A DNA stretch of 64,000 nt from the human T2T-CHM13v2.0 reference genome, Homo sapiens, in NCBI RefSeq assembly GCF_009914755.1, contig NC_060925.1. One strand, 5' to 3'. The notes below the pieces were generated by a model. The model saw nothing but the letters and a program-made list of their open reading frames with translations, did no database searches and was not told where the DNA came from. Positions 26,768-41,958 of the stretch are shown piece after piece. The position numbers and the translations under genes were made by a program. Each line of letters begins with the position of its first letter. Positions within the stretch are counted from its first letter, which is position 1.

Positions 26768-28566
26768 GTAAAAAGAACATCCAGTTTGAAACAGAATACT
26801 TGTGTTCTTTTTCTTATTCTTGTCACTTCAGCAAATCTTTTAACCTTGCTCGACCGTCTGTTTCTCCATCTATAAAATTAGAGCATTGGCAGGTTATTGT
26901 CAAAGTCCATGATTTACATCATTATAATATAAAGAAAAATAAGCAACTATAAAGAGGTTCAAAGTAGCAAGGACTTGATTCATTGGGAGAAATATTGACG
27001 TTATATATCTTTGTATATAAAAGTTTTCATTTTAATACAGTTCATCAGCCTTCAGTGACTTTGTATAGTTTGGCTGTATATACACAGTGGTAAGAAATTC
27101 CTCCAGGACTTTTTTTTTAGTAAAATCATTCTCTTAGAATATTTTTCTGAGCAATAGCAAGATCATTTGAAACCATAATGAATAGAAAGATTTTTACATG
27201 GAAGATATTACACATTTGGACCTTGAAAACCTGTGCACATCTATATGAACTGAAATTCAAATTGAAATGTTTTCAGTTTCAATATGTATAGGAAAAAGAG
27301 CCAAAAAGCTGTTAGTCTCTCTGTGCCTCTAGCACATCCTACAAGAAGGAGGATTTTCATAAGCAAAATGATTGGTCTCTTATGTCCAAGAGAAATTCAG
27401 CTGAATGCAATGCACTAAAATTTAAGAGTGAGACACTTTGGACAAGGGTAACTCTTATTTCTCAGGATAATAAAATATTTCAACTTTGGTGAGTGAGTTT
27501 TATGTCACTAGATGTCTCCTGAGGATATGTAGAGGTGTTTTGCTATGCGTAACAAAGACTTTCTCTTAAAGTATAAGGACCAAAGTTTGGTAAATCAGAT
27601 ATTTTAAATGTGTTAGGCATGTTTCCCATTTAACAGAATCCTCTGTGACTCCCAAGAAATGATGTTTTTCCCCCCTTGTTAATTAGTTAAGGAACAGCCT
27701 TCTACTTTATTGTTGATAAATCAGAATTTGACATTGCTTATGATTTGTTTCTGATCAAACAGACAATAACCATTCTTGATGGTCTTTATAATTCTGCTTA
27801 CTCCTCTTTCTCCCTGACTAGATATTAAGCTCCAAAAGACTAGTTGATTTATCTTACAGCCACACAATAGACACTCAAGAAATATTTCATGAATGAATGA
27901 ATGAATGCTGGAGACAAAAACTGATAATTTCTCTGGGTATTTTTATCCTGCCTTTCATATCTATGATTTTACTTTTTAACTCACAAGTAGAAGAATACAA
28001 TTCACAACATAATAATTTGCTAATTGTGCCTTTTTGGTGATAATATATCTCCCATCCAAGCTTGAATATGAAATGGAAGGCTAATTATGACCCAGATAAT
28101 GCCTGACTGAGTCTTGTGTAGTGATTGAATGTTTCTAAAGCAGGTGATTTTGTTGGGGATTTAAATGCAGTCTGGAATGTTTCAGCTGTATGCTATAAGG
28201 CAGTCTGCCTACCTTCCAATTTTAACTGGATTGGCTGAAGGGGTGTTAGAACAATTGAACTGATTTCCAAGGAGCACTGTGCAACCAGAGGATCCATGTT
28301 GTAAGTGTTCTCACAAATCTACAGGGATTCTCAACCTTGGTTTTTGTGGTTTCTGATAATCCCATGAGGAGTCTTCATCACTGTGGAGAATAGGAAAAAT
28401 TTAAAAATGGATATATGTCAACTATCAGATGTGATGCTATCAGTTTTTCCTACCTACCTTAGTGATGCTATCATGGTTAAATAAAACATTATATGTGAAA
28501 GTCCTTTAAAAGTACTATAGAACAAATGGTGTTGCTGTAACTTATTTGTCTATAAACATTGAATAG

Positions 28567-28980
<414 letters not shown>

Positions 28981-29184
28981 TGACTTGACTGTTAATCAAC
29001 CTATAGGCAAAGGATGTTTCAAACCAGTTCAGTTATATAACGACTATAATATATATTCTCATATATTCAGTGCTTTGAGAAGCATGTATGCTTTACTATA
29101 TTGTTCCTTTGAGCCCTAGGCCACTGCCTCATAATTGGAAAACCAACAAGAGAATCTAAAAAGTCAAAGATAAGCCATTAGATC

Positions 29185-29780
29185 CACTCATTCATTCAGT
29201 TATTTAGTCTATCAATTACAGACTTCTTACCATTTGTCAGGGACTGTGCTAGGTGCTCTTGATTCAAGTCTGTGAGAAATAGGGCAAGATAAATTACAAT
29301 ATACTATACTATGCTACCTTTTATAGCAGAAGGAAGCATGGGTGCTGTGCAGACCCAGAGCAGTGCACCTGATCCTGAATTAAGATGGTGGTGGTCAGCA
29401 AAGGTTTTCTGGAATAATTGTGGCCTGGACTGAAACCTGAAGAAAGTGCATGAATAAAAGCAGTTTAATCAAACATTGAGGAGTTTGGATTTCATCCTGA
29501 AAGCTATCAGGAGCCTGGAAGGATTATAAGTAAGAAGTGACATGATTGGGTTTTTATTTTAGATCTCTATCTCCTGGATGGATTGGAACAAGGGAGTCCT
29601 GAGAGCTGGGAGATGAAATGTGAGGCCATCACAATCCAGGGGGAAACATTGAGGGGACTTGGGTGTAGAGATAAGGGGATAGATTTCTTTGCTATTAAGA
29701 ATGTCCAATGGACTGGACATGGTCCTAAGAATCTAAAAAAAAAGAAATATAATTGCCTTTTGGAGGTTAAAATTTGAAAT
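29185..29780 (-). mobile_element. L2 fragments
   Basis: CACTCATTCATTCAG terminus; GAGGAGTTTGGATTTCATCCTGA, AAGTGACATGAT motifs. Confidence 0.55.
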
Positions 29781-31015
29781 TAGCATAGGATGGAAGAGAA
29801 AAGATATGCAAAGTTAGCTTTAAGACACAACGTTACTCCCAGGCCAGTAAGTGCTGATAGTAAGCTCCTTATACATTAACTTATCCAAGATAAAATGTCA
29901 ACCGAAAGTGTAGGGAATCGGCAATGAAAAAGAGAGTCACAGAAACAGACTTAAGCAGTGTACAGCCAAGTTCTAACTAGGGTTCAGGGTGTTAGTTCAT
30001 TCTATACTTGAATAACCAGCCCACGCATCAGCAGTCTTTCTAACTGTGGTGATAGACTGTTTATCCTTATAAATATGTAATGATGTCATTACATATTTGG
30101 ATCATAATATTAACTCTGCTTTTTCTGGTTAAATGCTCACCAAACAGCCTCCCGAATATGTAACCTCATGCACTTTCCTTATGGGGAGAGAAGGCTGTCT
30201 GTAGTCAGACTGGCACATAATCAGGTTCACCAGGCAGTTATATTCCTCATTGTTAACTCATATTTTGGCACACTAGTCATATCCATCAGTCTCTTTCGTT
30301 TAAAATATTCTGACAGTGTCAAGTTCAAGTTTCTGAATTTACAAGTCCAAGAGCCAGTCCTTGGTCAATGATGGTGAATTTATCAAAGTCTCTCTGTGTG
30401 GATCTGTTTGGGTGGCCTGTCTGTCTCCAGGTATCACTCCTCAACATTTCCAACTGTCAGTGTTAGTATGACTAGTGCCAAGTAGCTATTCTGTCCACTT
30501 GAAACTTACATAGATGACAACTGAAGCCATCGGAATAAATGAGATCATCCAAGGAGAGAGTGCAGACTGAGAAAAGGAAGGAGACAGGATAGAACTTAGA
30601 GAACACAGTCATTTAAAATAAGACAGAAAAAGGGAAGTTCATTATGGACTCTGGAAAAGGGAGTCCAGGAAGATAGGGAGAAAAACAGGAATGAGTAGTG
30701 TTTGGAAATCTAAAACGTTGTTAGTTTTAAGCAGGAGAAGTTGTCAACTCTGTGCATTTATAGAGTTCCTGAAAATAAAGGGTAAACAATATGGAGCTCA
30801 ACAGGACAGTTTTACTGGAGTTGTGGAGCTTCCATAGAAGGCTAAAATGATGAGTTAAGAAAATGGAGCTGGTGAGTACAGGATGTTTCTTTCATGAAAG
30901 AAGAGCATAGGCCCCGGAGTCTGATGTTTGGTTTGGAAGTCTGGCTCCACCAGTTACTTGCTGTGTAATCTTAAGTTCTTTGTGCTTCAGTTTCAGTATG
31001 CCCAAGAAGACAGGG

Positions 31016-31773
31016 CCTACTCCTAGGGCTGCTATAGCAAACTATCACAAAATGTGTGACTTAAACAATAGAAATTTATCATCTCACAGTTCTAGAGGCT
31101 GGAAGTGCAAAATCAAGATGTTGGTAGGGTAGTGAAGGCTGTGAGGACAAATCTGTTTCATGCCTGTCTCCCAACTTCTAGTGGTTTGCTGGCAATCTTT
31201 GACGTTCCTTGGCTTGTAGATACATCACCCTAATCTCTGCCTTTGTCGTCACATGGTGTTATCTTTGTGTGCTGTGTCAGATTTTCCTTTTCCTTTTTTT
31301 TTTTTTTTTTGTGAGACAGTCTCTCTCTGTTGCCCAGGCTAGAGTGCAATGGTGTGATCTCAGCTCACCGCAACTTCTGCCTCCCAGGTTCTAGCGATTC
31401 TGCCTGCCTTAGCCTCCTGAGTAGCTGGGATTACAGGTGCCCACCACCATGCCCAGCTAATTTTTTGTATTTTTAGTAGAGACAGGGTTTTGCTGTGTTG
31501 GCCAGGCTTGTCTCAAACTCCTGACCTCAGGCCATCTGCCCACCTCAGCCGCCCAAAGTGTTGGGATTACAGGTGTGAGCCACCGCAACCAGCCAAATTT
31601 TCCTTTTTCGTGAGGACACCAGTCATATTGGATTAGCGGCCCACGATACTCCAATGTGGTCGCCTCTTAATTATATCTGCAATGACTATTTACAAAGAAG
31701 GTCACATTTTGAGGTGCTGGAGGATAGGACTTTAACATATGAATTTTTGGAGGACATAATTCAACTCACAGCA
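31016..31773 (-). mobile_element. MaLR LTR (MLT1C-like), interrupted by an Alu
   Basis: AGGGCTGCTATAGCAAACTATCACAAA...CTCACAGTTCTAGAGGCTGGAAG...GGACACCAGTCATATTGGATTAG...AATTCAACTCACAGCA. Confidence 0.8.
31294..31594 (-). mobile_element. Alu (AluS-like)
   Basis: Full antisense dimer; ATTTTCCTTTT on both flanks. Confidence 0.93.
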
Positions 31774-31973
31774 AATCATTTAGCAATTAACATTAAAAAA
31801 CCAAAACTCTAACTCTTTTACTAGGGAAACTCAGTTTATTCTAAAATTTCTGATCAAAATATTTGCATTAGGGACTATCATAGACTCTAAACTCTGATCT
31901 CTTTTATTGGATAGGAACAGAGTTCTCAGTGGCAGTTATGGAGAAAGGCATTAATGTTTGGGGTGCTATTTAA

Positions 31974-32317
<344 letters not shown>

Positions 32318-32716
32318 TAAGCATGCATTTAATAAAGTCGTATTTAATCTTTTGTTGGTGATGTCCAGATATTTAATTTTGAGATGGGGAAAATTACATA
32401 GGAGCTAGGAATTCTGGGAATTATGTATGGGTTCTAAAATATTTTGACATTGTATACTCCCAGCTTTCTTTTCTTCAAAACGTTAAACACTAATTGGAGC
32501 AATTTTTCCATTAGCAGTAAGTCTCTGAGAACTTCGCTTTAAGCACTGTTTTATAGCAGGTGGAAGGAATTCCTTGATGTTCTCAGGCTGTAAGGCATGC
32601 TGATTACCACCAAAAGTGTGTCAGGGTAACCTTTATGCTCTTGCCAAGTTCTGACAGGGAGAGAGTTAAGTGAGAAGCATGGGTGATGGGGAGGAGATAA
32701 ATACAAGAAAGGGTAC

Positions 32717-32754
<38 letters not shown>

Positions 32755-33309
32755 GAAGGTCAAGAAAATACATTATTTCACTAAGTAATAGAGAACAAAA
32801 TTTTAAAAAGATATTGTACTATCTGGAATTTCAGTTTTTAAGATTCAAAGTGAAATCTGTTATGCTTTTTGTTTAGCTCCTTAGTTTCACTTCAAAGCCT
32901 TTTACTAGAGCACACAGAAAACCTCATTTCTATTGTTTTCATATTCCCCAGAGGGTCTTCCCAGCTCTTCTTAGGTGAACATGCTCACCACCTCCTTGAT
33001 CAGATCATTACACTTTTGCCTTGAAGTTGTCTCCCCAGCCACACCCTATGTTGGAATGTCCCCTATGTGCAGGACAATGTCTCACCCATAATCAAAAGAT
33101 TTTCCAAAATTTCACATCTCCCAAGGAACTTTCCTGGAATATTAGAAAAGTGTCATTCTTTTTAATATTGAGATCCCTTTCTATATTTATTGTATGTTAT
33201 GGACTTAATTTGTGCCTTTGATAATATTACCCTTTCTTAATCCTTCTACATAATAATGAAAATTAACAGGGGATTTGATTTATCTTGACAAAGTAAAATT
33301 TAGTAGAGT

Positions 33310-33660
33310 TAGAATGGCATAGGTTTTGAGTGAATGGATTCTAATATCAAATAGACTAGCATTTGATTATTAGTAAGTTACTAACTTCTCAAAGCCTTAG
33401 TTTCCTTATCATTAAAGTGAGTATCAGTAAAGTGAGAATAACAATCATACTTCCTTTGCAGAATTGTTTTAAGGCTTAGAAGAGAAAATCCATGTAAAAC
33501 ATTTGGTGCAAAGCCTGACACAGAGCAAGGACCCAAGAGTGTCCTATAAGGGAAATAACACTTGACCTAGAGTCAAAACACTTGAGTACTGGCTCTGTAA
33601 CTGGGCAGGTAACTAGACTCTTAGAATCTCAGTTTCTTTTTGCATAAAATAAGGATAAAA
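33310..33660 (+). mobile_element. Two adjacent MIR fragments
   Basis: AAGTTACTAACTTCTCAAAGCCTTAGTTTCCTTATC and TCTCAGTTTCTTTTTGCATAAAATAAGGATA cores. Confidence 0.55.
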
Positions 33661-33847
33661 CCAGTTTTGTGTACTGATAAATGTTAAATCTCTGGCTCTG
33701 GAGCTTGGGGTAGGAAGAGGGCTTTATTTGTAGCATTTGCCAGTTTATATGGTGTTGTTACTCCTCCATGGCCAATTTCAAACACCAACATGAAGCCTGG
33801 ATATAGAGTTGGGAATAGATGTGTACAATCATCTCTGATTCACCACC
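33661..33847 (+). mobile_element. MER63-like hAT DNA transposon MITE
   Basis: ATTTGTAGCATTTGCCAGTTT...CCATGGCCAATTTCAA...AGAGTTGGGAATAGATGTGTACAATC matches MER63A as I recall it. Confidence 0.7.
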
Positions 33848-34139
33848 TAAAATTCCCTCAACAAAGAAGGATATTTATGTTTCAGTGAGACTATATACTA
33901 TTGGTGAAAGGACTTAGTATAATTGTCATTCACAAAATGTTAGTTTAATTGTGCTTGGAAAAGTCTATTACAAGGGTAGAGTTAGTGAGAGTAGAACTAG
34001 TTCAGTGATGGAGACAGCAGATTGAATGTTTTCTTTTTCATGACGGTTTTGGGAAGTTTCAACATTAAATACCCAGGGAGGCCAGGCAGGCAACATCAAT
34101 ACAGAAGTGGAACAAGGAGAAACCTACTGCCTGCTTAAA

Positions 34140-34930
34140 TCTTCAAAGGGCATCTAATAAGTACCTCACGTTTATCATCAACCCGTCCCCACCCTACATG
34201 TGTCTTCTCCAGCGTTCCCCATCTCAGTACAGGCACCACATTTTCTTACTTATTTGGGACAAGGCCCTTTGAGATCTCCTGTGCTCCTCTTTTTCTTTCA
34301 CACCCCACATCTGATCCCTCCACAAGTTATTTTGGCTCTGCCTTCAAGATCATTTTAAATTTGACCAGTTCTCATCTCCCTCTACAGGTACTCCTCTAGC
34401 CTGAGCCACTTTAACTGCTCTCGCTGCTGTTCTCCCCAGTGCTGCCAGAAGGATCGTTTTAAAATGAAAGAAATGTCATTATTCCCACCTTCCCTTTCTG
34501 ATGTCCTTATTCACATCACTTTAAGCATATTGGCCTCTTTATTATTTCTTACATGTCAGGCACACTTCCTCTCCAGAGCCATTGCCCTTGCAGTTCCCTC
34601 TTTCCTCAGATCCTTGATTCGCATGGCTGGCACATCATTTCATATGGCTCTTGGCTAAAAGTCACCTCCTCCGAAAAGCCTTCCCTGATTACCCACCTAA
34701 CATAGTCCTGCACATGAATCTGTCTCATTAACCTGCTTTATTTTTCTTTATAGAATTTAGCACTGGTTGTCTTTAGAGATGATGTGAATTCGTTCATTTA
34801 AGTTCTATGCTCTCTTCTAAATATAAACTCCATGAGGGCAGGAACTTAATTTTCATGACTGTATTTGGTAGAGCCTCATGTAAGTTTCCTGGCATATAGA
34901 AGGCACTCAATAAAGTGAGTGCCTTCTTTT
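34140..34930 (+). mobile_element. L2 (L2a-like) 3' portion
   Basis: TAAACTCCATGAGGGCAGGAAC...CCTGGCATATAGAAGGCACTCAATAAA. Confidence 0.75.
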
Positions 34931-34949
34931 ATTTAAAGAAAGAATGAAT

Positions 34950-37290
34950 TTTTTGTATTCTTTTTGTACTTTAAAAAGAAGTTTTAATCATTTTGTGTAG
35001 AGTTCTACCTATGTCCAAAAGATCAAACTTATTATGTTGCTCAAATATTCTCTTTATCAGTTATTGTCCAATTGATCTATCAGGTTTTTTAAAAGTTATA
35101 TTAAATGTTCCCATTGTAATTATGGTTTTGTTAATTTCTCTTTGTAATTCCAGTCAATTTTGGGCTTTAAGGCCATGTTGTTAGGTACATACTGGCTAAG
35201 GATTGTTTTATCTTTGTAGTGAATTGTTCATTTTATCTTTAAATATATGGCCATTTTAATCTCTAATGGTACTGTTTGCTTTTAAATGCGTTTTGCTTGG
35301 CATTAATAATACTGTTCCATATCTGATTGGTATTTGTCAAATACTTTTTCCCTTCCTTTATTTTCAAACTATTTTTATAGTCAAATTTAATCCTGTTACT
35401 CTTATTGTGATTTTTAATATAGACTTATTTCTATGATCTTATTTTATGTTTTCTATTTACTGTGATTTTTGTTGATCTTTCCCCCTCTTTTCCTACTGTT
35501 GAGTTTTTTTAAAATTCTATTTTCCCCCCCTCCCTCCTATTGGCTTAGAAATTACACATTGCATCTCTCTTTCTCTGTTAAAAATGTTTATCCTTGATTT
35601 GGTTGTCTTGAAATTAATCACTGTTTTTATACTTCTGTGTAATATAAGGACCTTAGGGGGCTTTATTCTGATCACCTTCCTCCTACTTTCTGTAGTATGG
35701 TTATTTCACTTTGTTTTTAAACACACCCAAATTAGTCATTTTGTTTACATAGTCAGTGTTTCCTTAGATTTAATTTGTTTGTTGATTTCTTTACTCATTG
35801 TTGCTTCTAGCTCCCTACTCCTTCATTTTGGATTCTTATTCCCCCACCAACCCTATGCATTCTTTACATTCTCTAGTAGTTTTTTCAGGGATGACATACA
35901 AATAGGAAATCCTTTTGGTCTTTATTTGAGAATCTGTGTATACTACCTTCATTCTTGATTAGTAGTTTAGTTAAGTATAAAATTCTATATCTAACTTAGC
36001 CCATTGAAGATAGCATTTTATTGTTTTCTGACTTCTTTTGTTGTTGATGAAAAGTCTTCTCTTAGTCTAATTTTTGTCCCTATTTAGGTAAGCTGTGTTT
36101 TCTCTGTGGTTATTTTAAAATTATCTCTGTCTTCCTATTTCTGCAGTGCCTTATTCAGTGTCTAAGCATAGATTTGATTTTGTCTTTCCTGCCTGGAACC
36201 TGGTTTGCCTCCCCAACTCAAGGACTCAGATTTTTATTAAATTCTGGACAATTCTTGTCTTTCAGATATTTCCTCTCCTTACTGTCTGTAATCTCCCCTT
36301 CATAAAACCTTGTTAAGTGTATTTTAGATCTTCTCATTCTCTAAGCCTTTTTACCTTTCATATTTTCTATTTATTTTCTCTTTGCTGCATTTTGGGTGAT
36401 TTCCTCAAATCTTTCATACGTTTCTCTTCAGTTCTGTCCAATCTACTCTTTAAGCCATCCATTACATTTTCAATTTCAATGATCATAGCTGTTTTTTTTC
36501 AGAAGTTTCATTTGGTTCCTTTTCAAATCTGCTTATTTTTTGTTTTTTATAATATTCTCTATATTACTAGAGTCTCATATTTTTCTATTATTTCTACTTC
36601 TTAGAGTGGTGCAAATTCTCCCATCTATTTGGTCTGCTGACTGTCTGTCATTGTGGTTTATTTCCTTGTGTGGTTGCTAATTGCCTCCTGTCAATGCATC
36701 TTGAACAGGGAGTCTGGTGCACCTTGGCTTGTATACTACCGGTCTTTCTACAGAGGGGTTTGCATTTGCTTTTTTTGGGATTCCAAAATTAGCTTGTGGA
36801 CTAATTTTTGGGCTTTGGATTCCGGTGCTGTACAGCTAGTATAACCTCTATTATCTGTTATATGTTTCTGGCTTAGGGTTTCAACTTCTCTTAGGAGATT
36901 TTTTTGACAGATGGCAAGCTTTCTTGACAGTTTTTTTGGGTTAGTGGGAGGAATTTTTCCTTGTTTTACTGATAGGGCTCAGCTTTATAAAAGAGTACTC
37001 TATTGTAGCTCTCTGACCAAAAAAAGGCTGATACCATAAAAATCGTGCCGACATGGACATTAACACTTTAATAGTCAAATCCTATGTCAGGATTTTTGTG
37101 CTGCTGTGGTGACAGTTGAAGTTTATTTCTGTTTTGAGCTTCTTTTTTATTTTGGGCGTTGGAATATTTCCCCTTATTCTTACAACTCCATCCTAACTAT
37201 TTCTTTAAAAGGAAATTCTATATTTTGCCCAGTGTTTCTGTTTTGGAGGAAGAGTGTCTTGCATGTGAACTTAGTCTGTCATGTTACTGA
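34950..37290 (-). mobile_element. Old L1 (L1ME-like): ORF2 start, ORF1 and 5' region, antisense
   Basis: T-rich strand with antisense L1 EN/ORF1 motifs (GGCCATGTTGTTAGGTACATA, TTCATTCTTGATTAGTAGTTT, GTTGATGAAAAGTCT). Confidence 0.65.
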
Positions 37291-37399
37291 AAGGTCACTT
37301 CTCATATCTTCACACATTTCCTTGCCTCTATATTCTTTTCCCATGTCCAAATTTCTCCCTTTCAAAAAAAGGTCTTTCTCATAGTAAAATATTTGCTTA

Positions 37400-37960
37400 C
37401 ACAGAAAACTGTAGGCCCAGATGATTTCTCAGAAGATCTTTACCAAGTATTCAAGGAAAAATAATTATAATTGTACCAAACTACTTTCCTGGCAATAGAA
37501 AAAAGGTTATACTTCCCATTAGGCTAGCATAACCCTGGTACCAAATGTCAGATATGAATACTACAAGAAAGAAAAATTATAGGTCAACTTCCTTTATAAA
37601 CCTAGAGGCAAAAATTCCCAAATCAATGTTAGCAAACCAATCTAGCAATATATAAAAAGGAGCAGATGTAATGACCAGGTTGTTTTTATCCCAATAATAA
37701 AAAGATTAGTTTAACACTAGAAAACAAATAATTTTACTAGTAGATAAAGAAAAAATCATATGATCATCTAAATAGTTACATAAATAGTATTTGATATAAT
37801 TATATATTCATTTATTAGCAAACAAACAAGCAACTCTTACCCAACTAGGAATATACAATAACTTCTTTAATCTATAAATAATTCCTCAAAAACTCAAAAA
37901 CAGTCATCATATTTGACGGTTAAACTAAAGTTTTTCCCTTTGGAATTGCAATGAAGATAA
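37400..37960 (+). mobile_element. Old L1 ORF2 reverse-transcriptase fragment
   Basis: AGGCCCAGATGATTTC...TACCAAGTATTCAAGGAA (GPD.F...YQ.FKE), GAAAATTATAGG-like, CATATGATCATCT motifs. Confidence 0.7.
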
Positions 37961-38400
37961 AAAATAGCATAAAGAAAGTTTGACTCTAGTATATCTATGC
38001 CAATGGCTCAGTTTTCATTCCCAATATTACTTGTGACTTCTGTTTTTCTTATGATTAGTCTAGATCAGTGTTTCTATTGGGAGGAAACTGCTTTTGGTTT
38101 TGTTGATCATCTCTAATTTTTTGTTTTCTGTTTTATTAATTTGTGGCCCTATTTTTATTATTTTTAAGATTCTCCTTTGCTTAGTTTTCTTCTCTTGTTC
38201 TTTTCTAACTTTAAAATTTAAATGTTTCTTTTTACCTTTCTAATGCAGATATTTGAAACCTTTTAACTTCGTCATTTATTTTCATGAGCCACTTTAGTCC
38301 ATCTTAAAGTTTTGATCTGTTGTATTTTTGTTGTCATTTGATTCTAAATACTTTGTAATTTCTACTTTAAACATTTCTTATTTAAGAGTATGGTTTTTAA

Positions 38401-39010
38401 CAAGAATGAGATATCAACTTACACCTGTAAGGATGGCTGCTGTCAAAAAGATGAAAGATAAGTCTTTCTAAGGATGTGGTGGATAGGGAATCCTTGTACA
38501 TTGTTGGTGGGAATGTAAATTAGTATAACCATTATGGAAAACTGTGGAGATTCCTCAAAAAACTAAAAATAGAATTACCATCTGATCCAGCAGTCACACT
38601 TCTGGGTACATAGCCTAAGGATTTGAGATCAGTATGTAGAAGAGATATCTGCACTCTCATGTTCATTGCAGTGTTATTCACAATAGCCAAGATATGGAAT
38701 CATTCTGCATCCATGGATGGATGAATGGATAAAGAGATGTGGTATATGTGCGCTATGAAATACTATTTGGCCTTAAAAAGAAAGGAAATTTTGACATTCA
38801 TGACAACATAGATGAACCCAGAAGACATTATGCTAAGTGAAATAAGGCACAGAAAGACAAATATGACATGTTTTAACTTATATGTAGAGTCGAAAACAAT
38901 CAAATTCATAGGAACAGAGAGTAGAACAGTGGTCACCAGAGGCTAGGGAGTGGGAGGAATGGGAAGATGTTGGTGAACGGATACAATGCTTCAGTTAGGA
39001 GGAACAAATA
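38401..39010 (+). mobile_element. L1MA-type 3' end
   Basis: TTGTTGGTGGGAATGTAAATTAGTA...GACATTATGCTAAGTGAAATAAG...AGAGAGTAGAACAGTGGTCACCAGAGGCTAGGG. Confidence 0.85.
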
Positions 39011-39294
39011 AGTATTTCTTAAAAAAAGTCTTCAATGCTTAATAAATCAGACCATTCTAAGTTAAATTATTTGCCTTAAAAGTTGCTATTTTAATAAACC
39101 TTTGATTAAAAAAATGTGGTCTTTGCTTTCCAAACATATACGTATTTTTTTTTTAATTGTTGAGACTTCTTTGGCCAACCAGTTTGGTCAATTATTATTT
39201 TTTAAACATTTTGAGTGTGTTTGAAAAGTGTAAGTATCCTCTACTTGTTGGACGTATAATTCTTTACATATATTTTAGACCAAGTTGTTAATTA

Positions 39295-39728
<434 letters not shown>

Positions 39729-40574
39729 TTAATTAATATATAAAGTGCTTAGACTAGCTCCTGGAATATATGTCTAAATTGCTATTATTCAAATCCATAT
39801 TTCTAATTATTTTTATTTTCTTGTGCTATCAGTTTGTGATAGAGATATATTGAAATCACCCACTATAATCTGTGTTTTTCTCCTTGTACTTTGGTCCATC
39901 TTTTATTCTCTATGTTGTAAAGCTATGATGTGTACATTTAAAATTATTACATCTACTTGGTATATTTATACATTTTTGTTATTGCACGGTAATATCTTTC
40001 TTAATCCAAGTGACTTTGTGGAAATTAGAAAAAGCCACACCCTGTGGGGCAGGCAGTTTGGCCTAAGGCTGATTCAGGAGGTTGTCCAGGATGGCTCAGG
40101 GATGTCTAGACCAAGAAACATCACAATCGGTCAGATCTTATCTGGAAGGCTGTCTTTCACTGGTTTTCCACCTGAGAGTGCTGCTAGGCCTCATGGCGTA
40201 GTGCTGGGATAAGGCTCCAGAACTCCTCCTTAGCCACTGGGAGACCCTTGTGAGCTGCTTGGACATTCCTATATGAAGCTGGGGAACCTGGAGAAAAAGT
40301 CTCAAGTATCACTCCATCAGCTAACTGAGGAGAACACAACTGCTCTAAAAACCACATCTGGAGTTCAGGTGTGGGCTGAAGACTGTGACAGACCAGGGCA
40401 GCCATACCTGATGAGAGTGAGAAGGGATTAGGAATTTCCATTTTTCTCTGGGATGGGGTGGGGAAGTGAGTTCCAGAAAGCTGGGAATGGGAGTAAAGGG
40501 GCTACCTATGAGTGGAGCAAAGGAGAACCAAAGTTCTTTTCCCAGTGTTACGGCCTTAGAAAGCATGGGCTCTT

Positions 40575-40700
40575 TTTTAAATCTTTCAACTTGGGGTCTC
40601 ACTATGTTGCCTAGGCTGGAGTGCAGTGGCTGTTTACAGTTGTAATCATGGTGCACTGAAGCCTCAAGTTCCTAAGCTAAAGCAGTTCTCCTGCCTCAGG
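40575..40700 (-). mobile_element. FAM (fossil Alu monomer) fragment
   Basis: GGAGTGCAGTGGCTGTTTACAG...ATCATGGTGCACTG, the FAM/7SL-type junction. Confidence 0.7.
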
Positions 40701-41594
40701 AGAACTGTACTCTGTACCTGTGTACTCTGTGGGCTCTTCTAGAATATCAGATCCACAGGATGGACAAAAAGCACTCACAAATGAAGGACTGACAATGGAA
40801 ATCAATAAGATAGTGTGAATGGGTTTAGAATCTGGAGAGATTCTTTAAAACAAGATTTTTTACAGGATAACCATGGTGAAATTTTGGGAGAAGAGACAGT
40901 TGTTAAAGGCTGTAGCCAGTTCGGTTTCTTACTATTCCCTTTTATGCATGTGTTTTCCAGTCAAACTGAGTGATGTCAGTTTCCTGTTCATACCTTTTCT
41001 GCCATTGTGTCTTTAAGTTCACCTTTCTCATTGTCCCAGGGAAAGACAGGAGATCAAAAAAGGGTACATGCCTTGAGTTAGGTGAACCTGGGTCTGGAAC
41101 TGTTTTTTCCTAGTTATGGGATCTTGGGCAACTTGATACATTTTCTCCTAATTTGACCTCAGGGTAAAAAAAAAAAAAAGAAAAAGAAAAAAAGGAAGTA
41201 TGATAGTAATATCTTTCTCTATAAATTGTAGTGAAGATTAAATGATGTAATAGAAGTTGACATAGCAAGTGACCAATAAATATTAATTCATTTTCCCTTT
41301 TCTCTCCTTAGGAAATATTTTCTACCAATATTCTACCAATATTTGTCTATTCATATTTTAAATGGTAGGATATTTGCACTCTTTCCTTGCCAATCTTCTA
41401 AATGGTCAAGTCAAACTGTTTTCAACACATGCACATGTAATCAAAAGTTTTGCTCCTTCTAACTTTAAAATGCACTTGGAAGTTGTCCATTTCTCTTAGT
41501 TTCTGCTATTGTCCAATGACTATCATTTTTTTTTTTTACTTCTATGATAACTTTCCACCTGGTCTCTGCTGTTTTTTTTCCATCCACATGATAA

Positions 41595-41958
<364 letters not shown>

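Noticed and set aside
31294-31594. Antisense Alu exonisation candidate (poly-T/AG acceptor, CAG|GTGCCC donor)
   Set aside because: Donor is weak and such sites occur in most antisense Alus; no sequence-only support.
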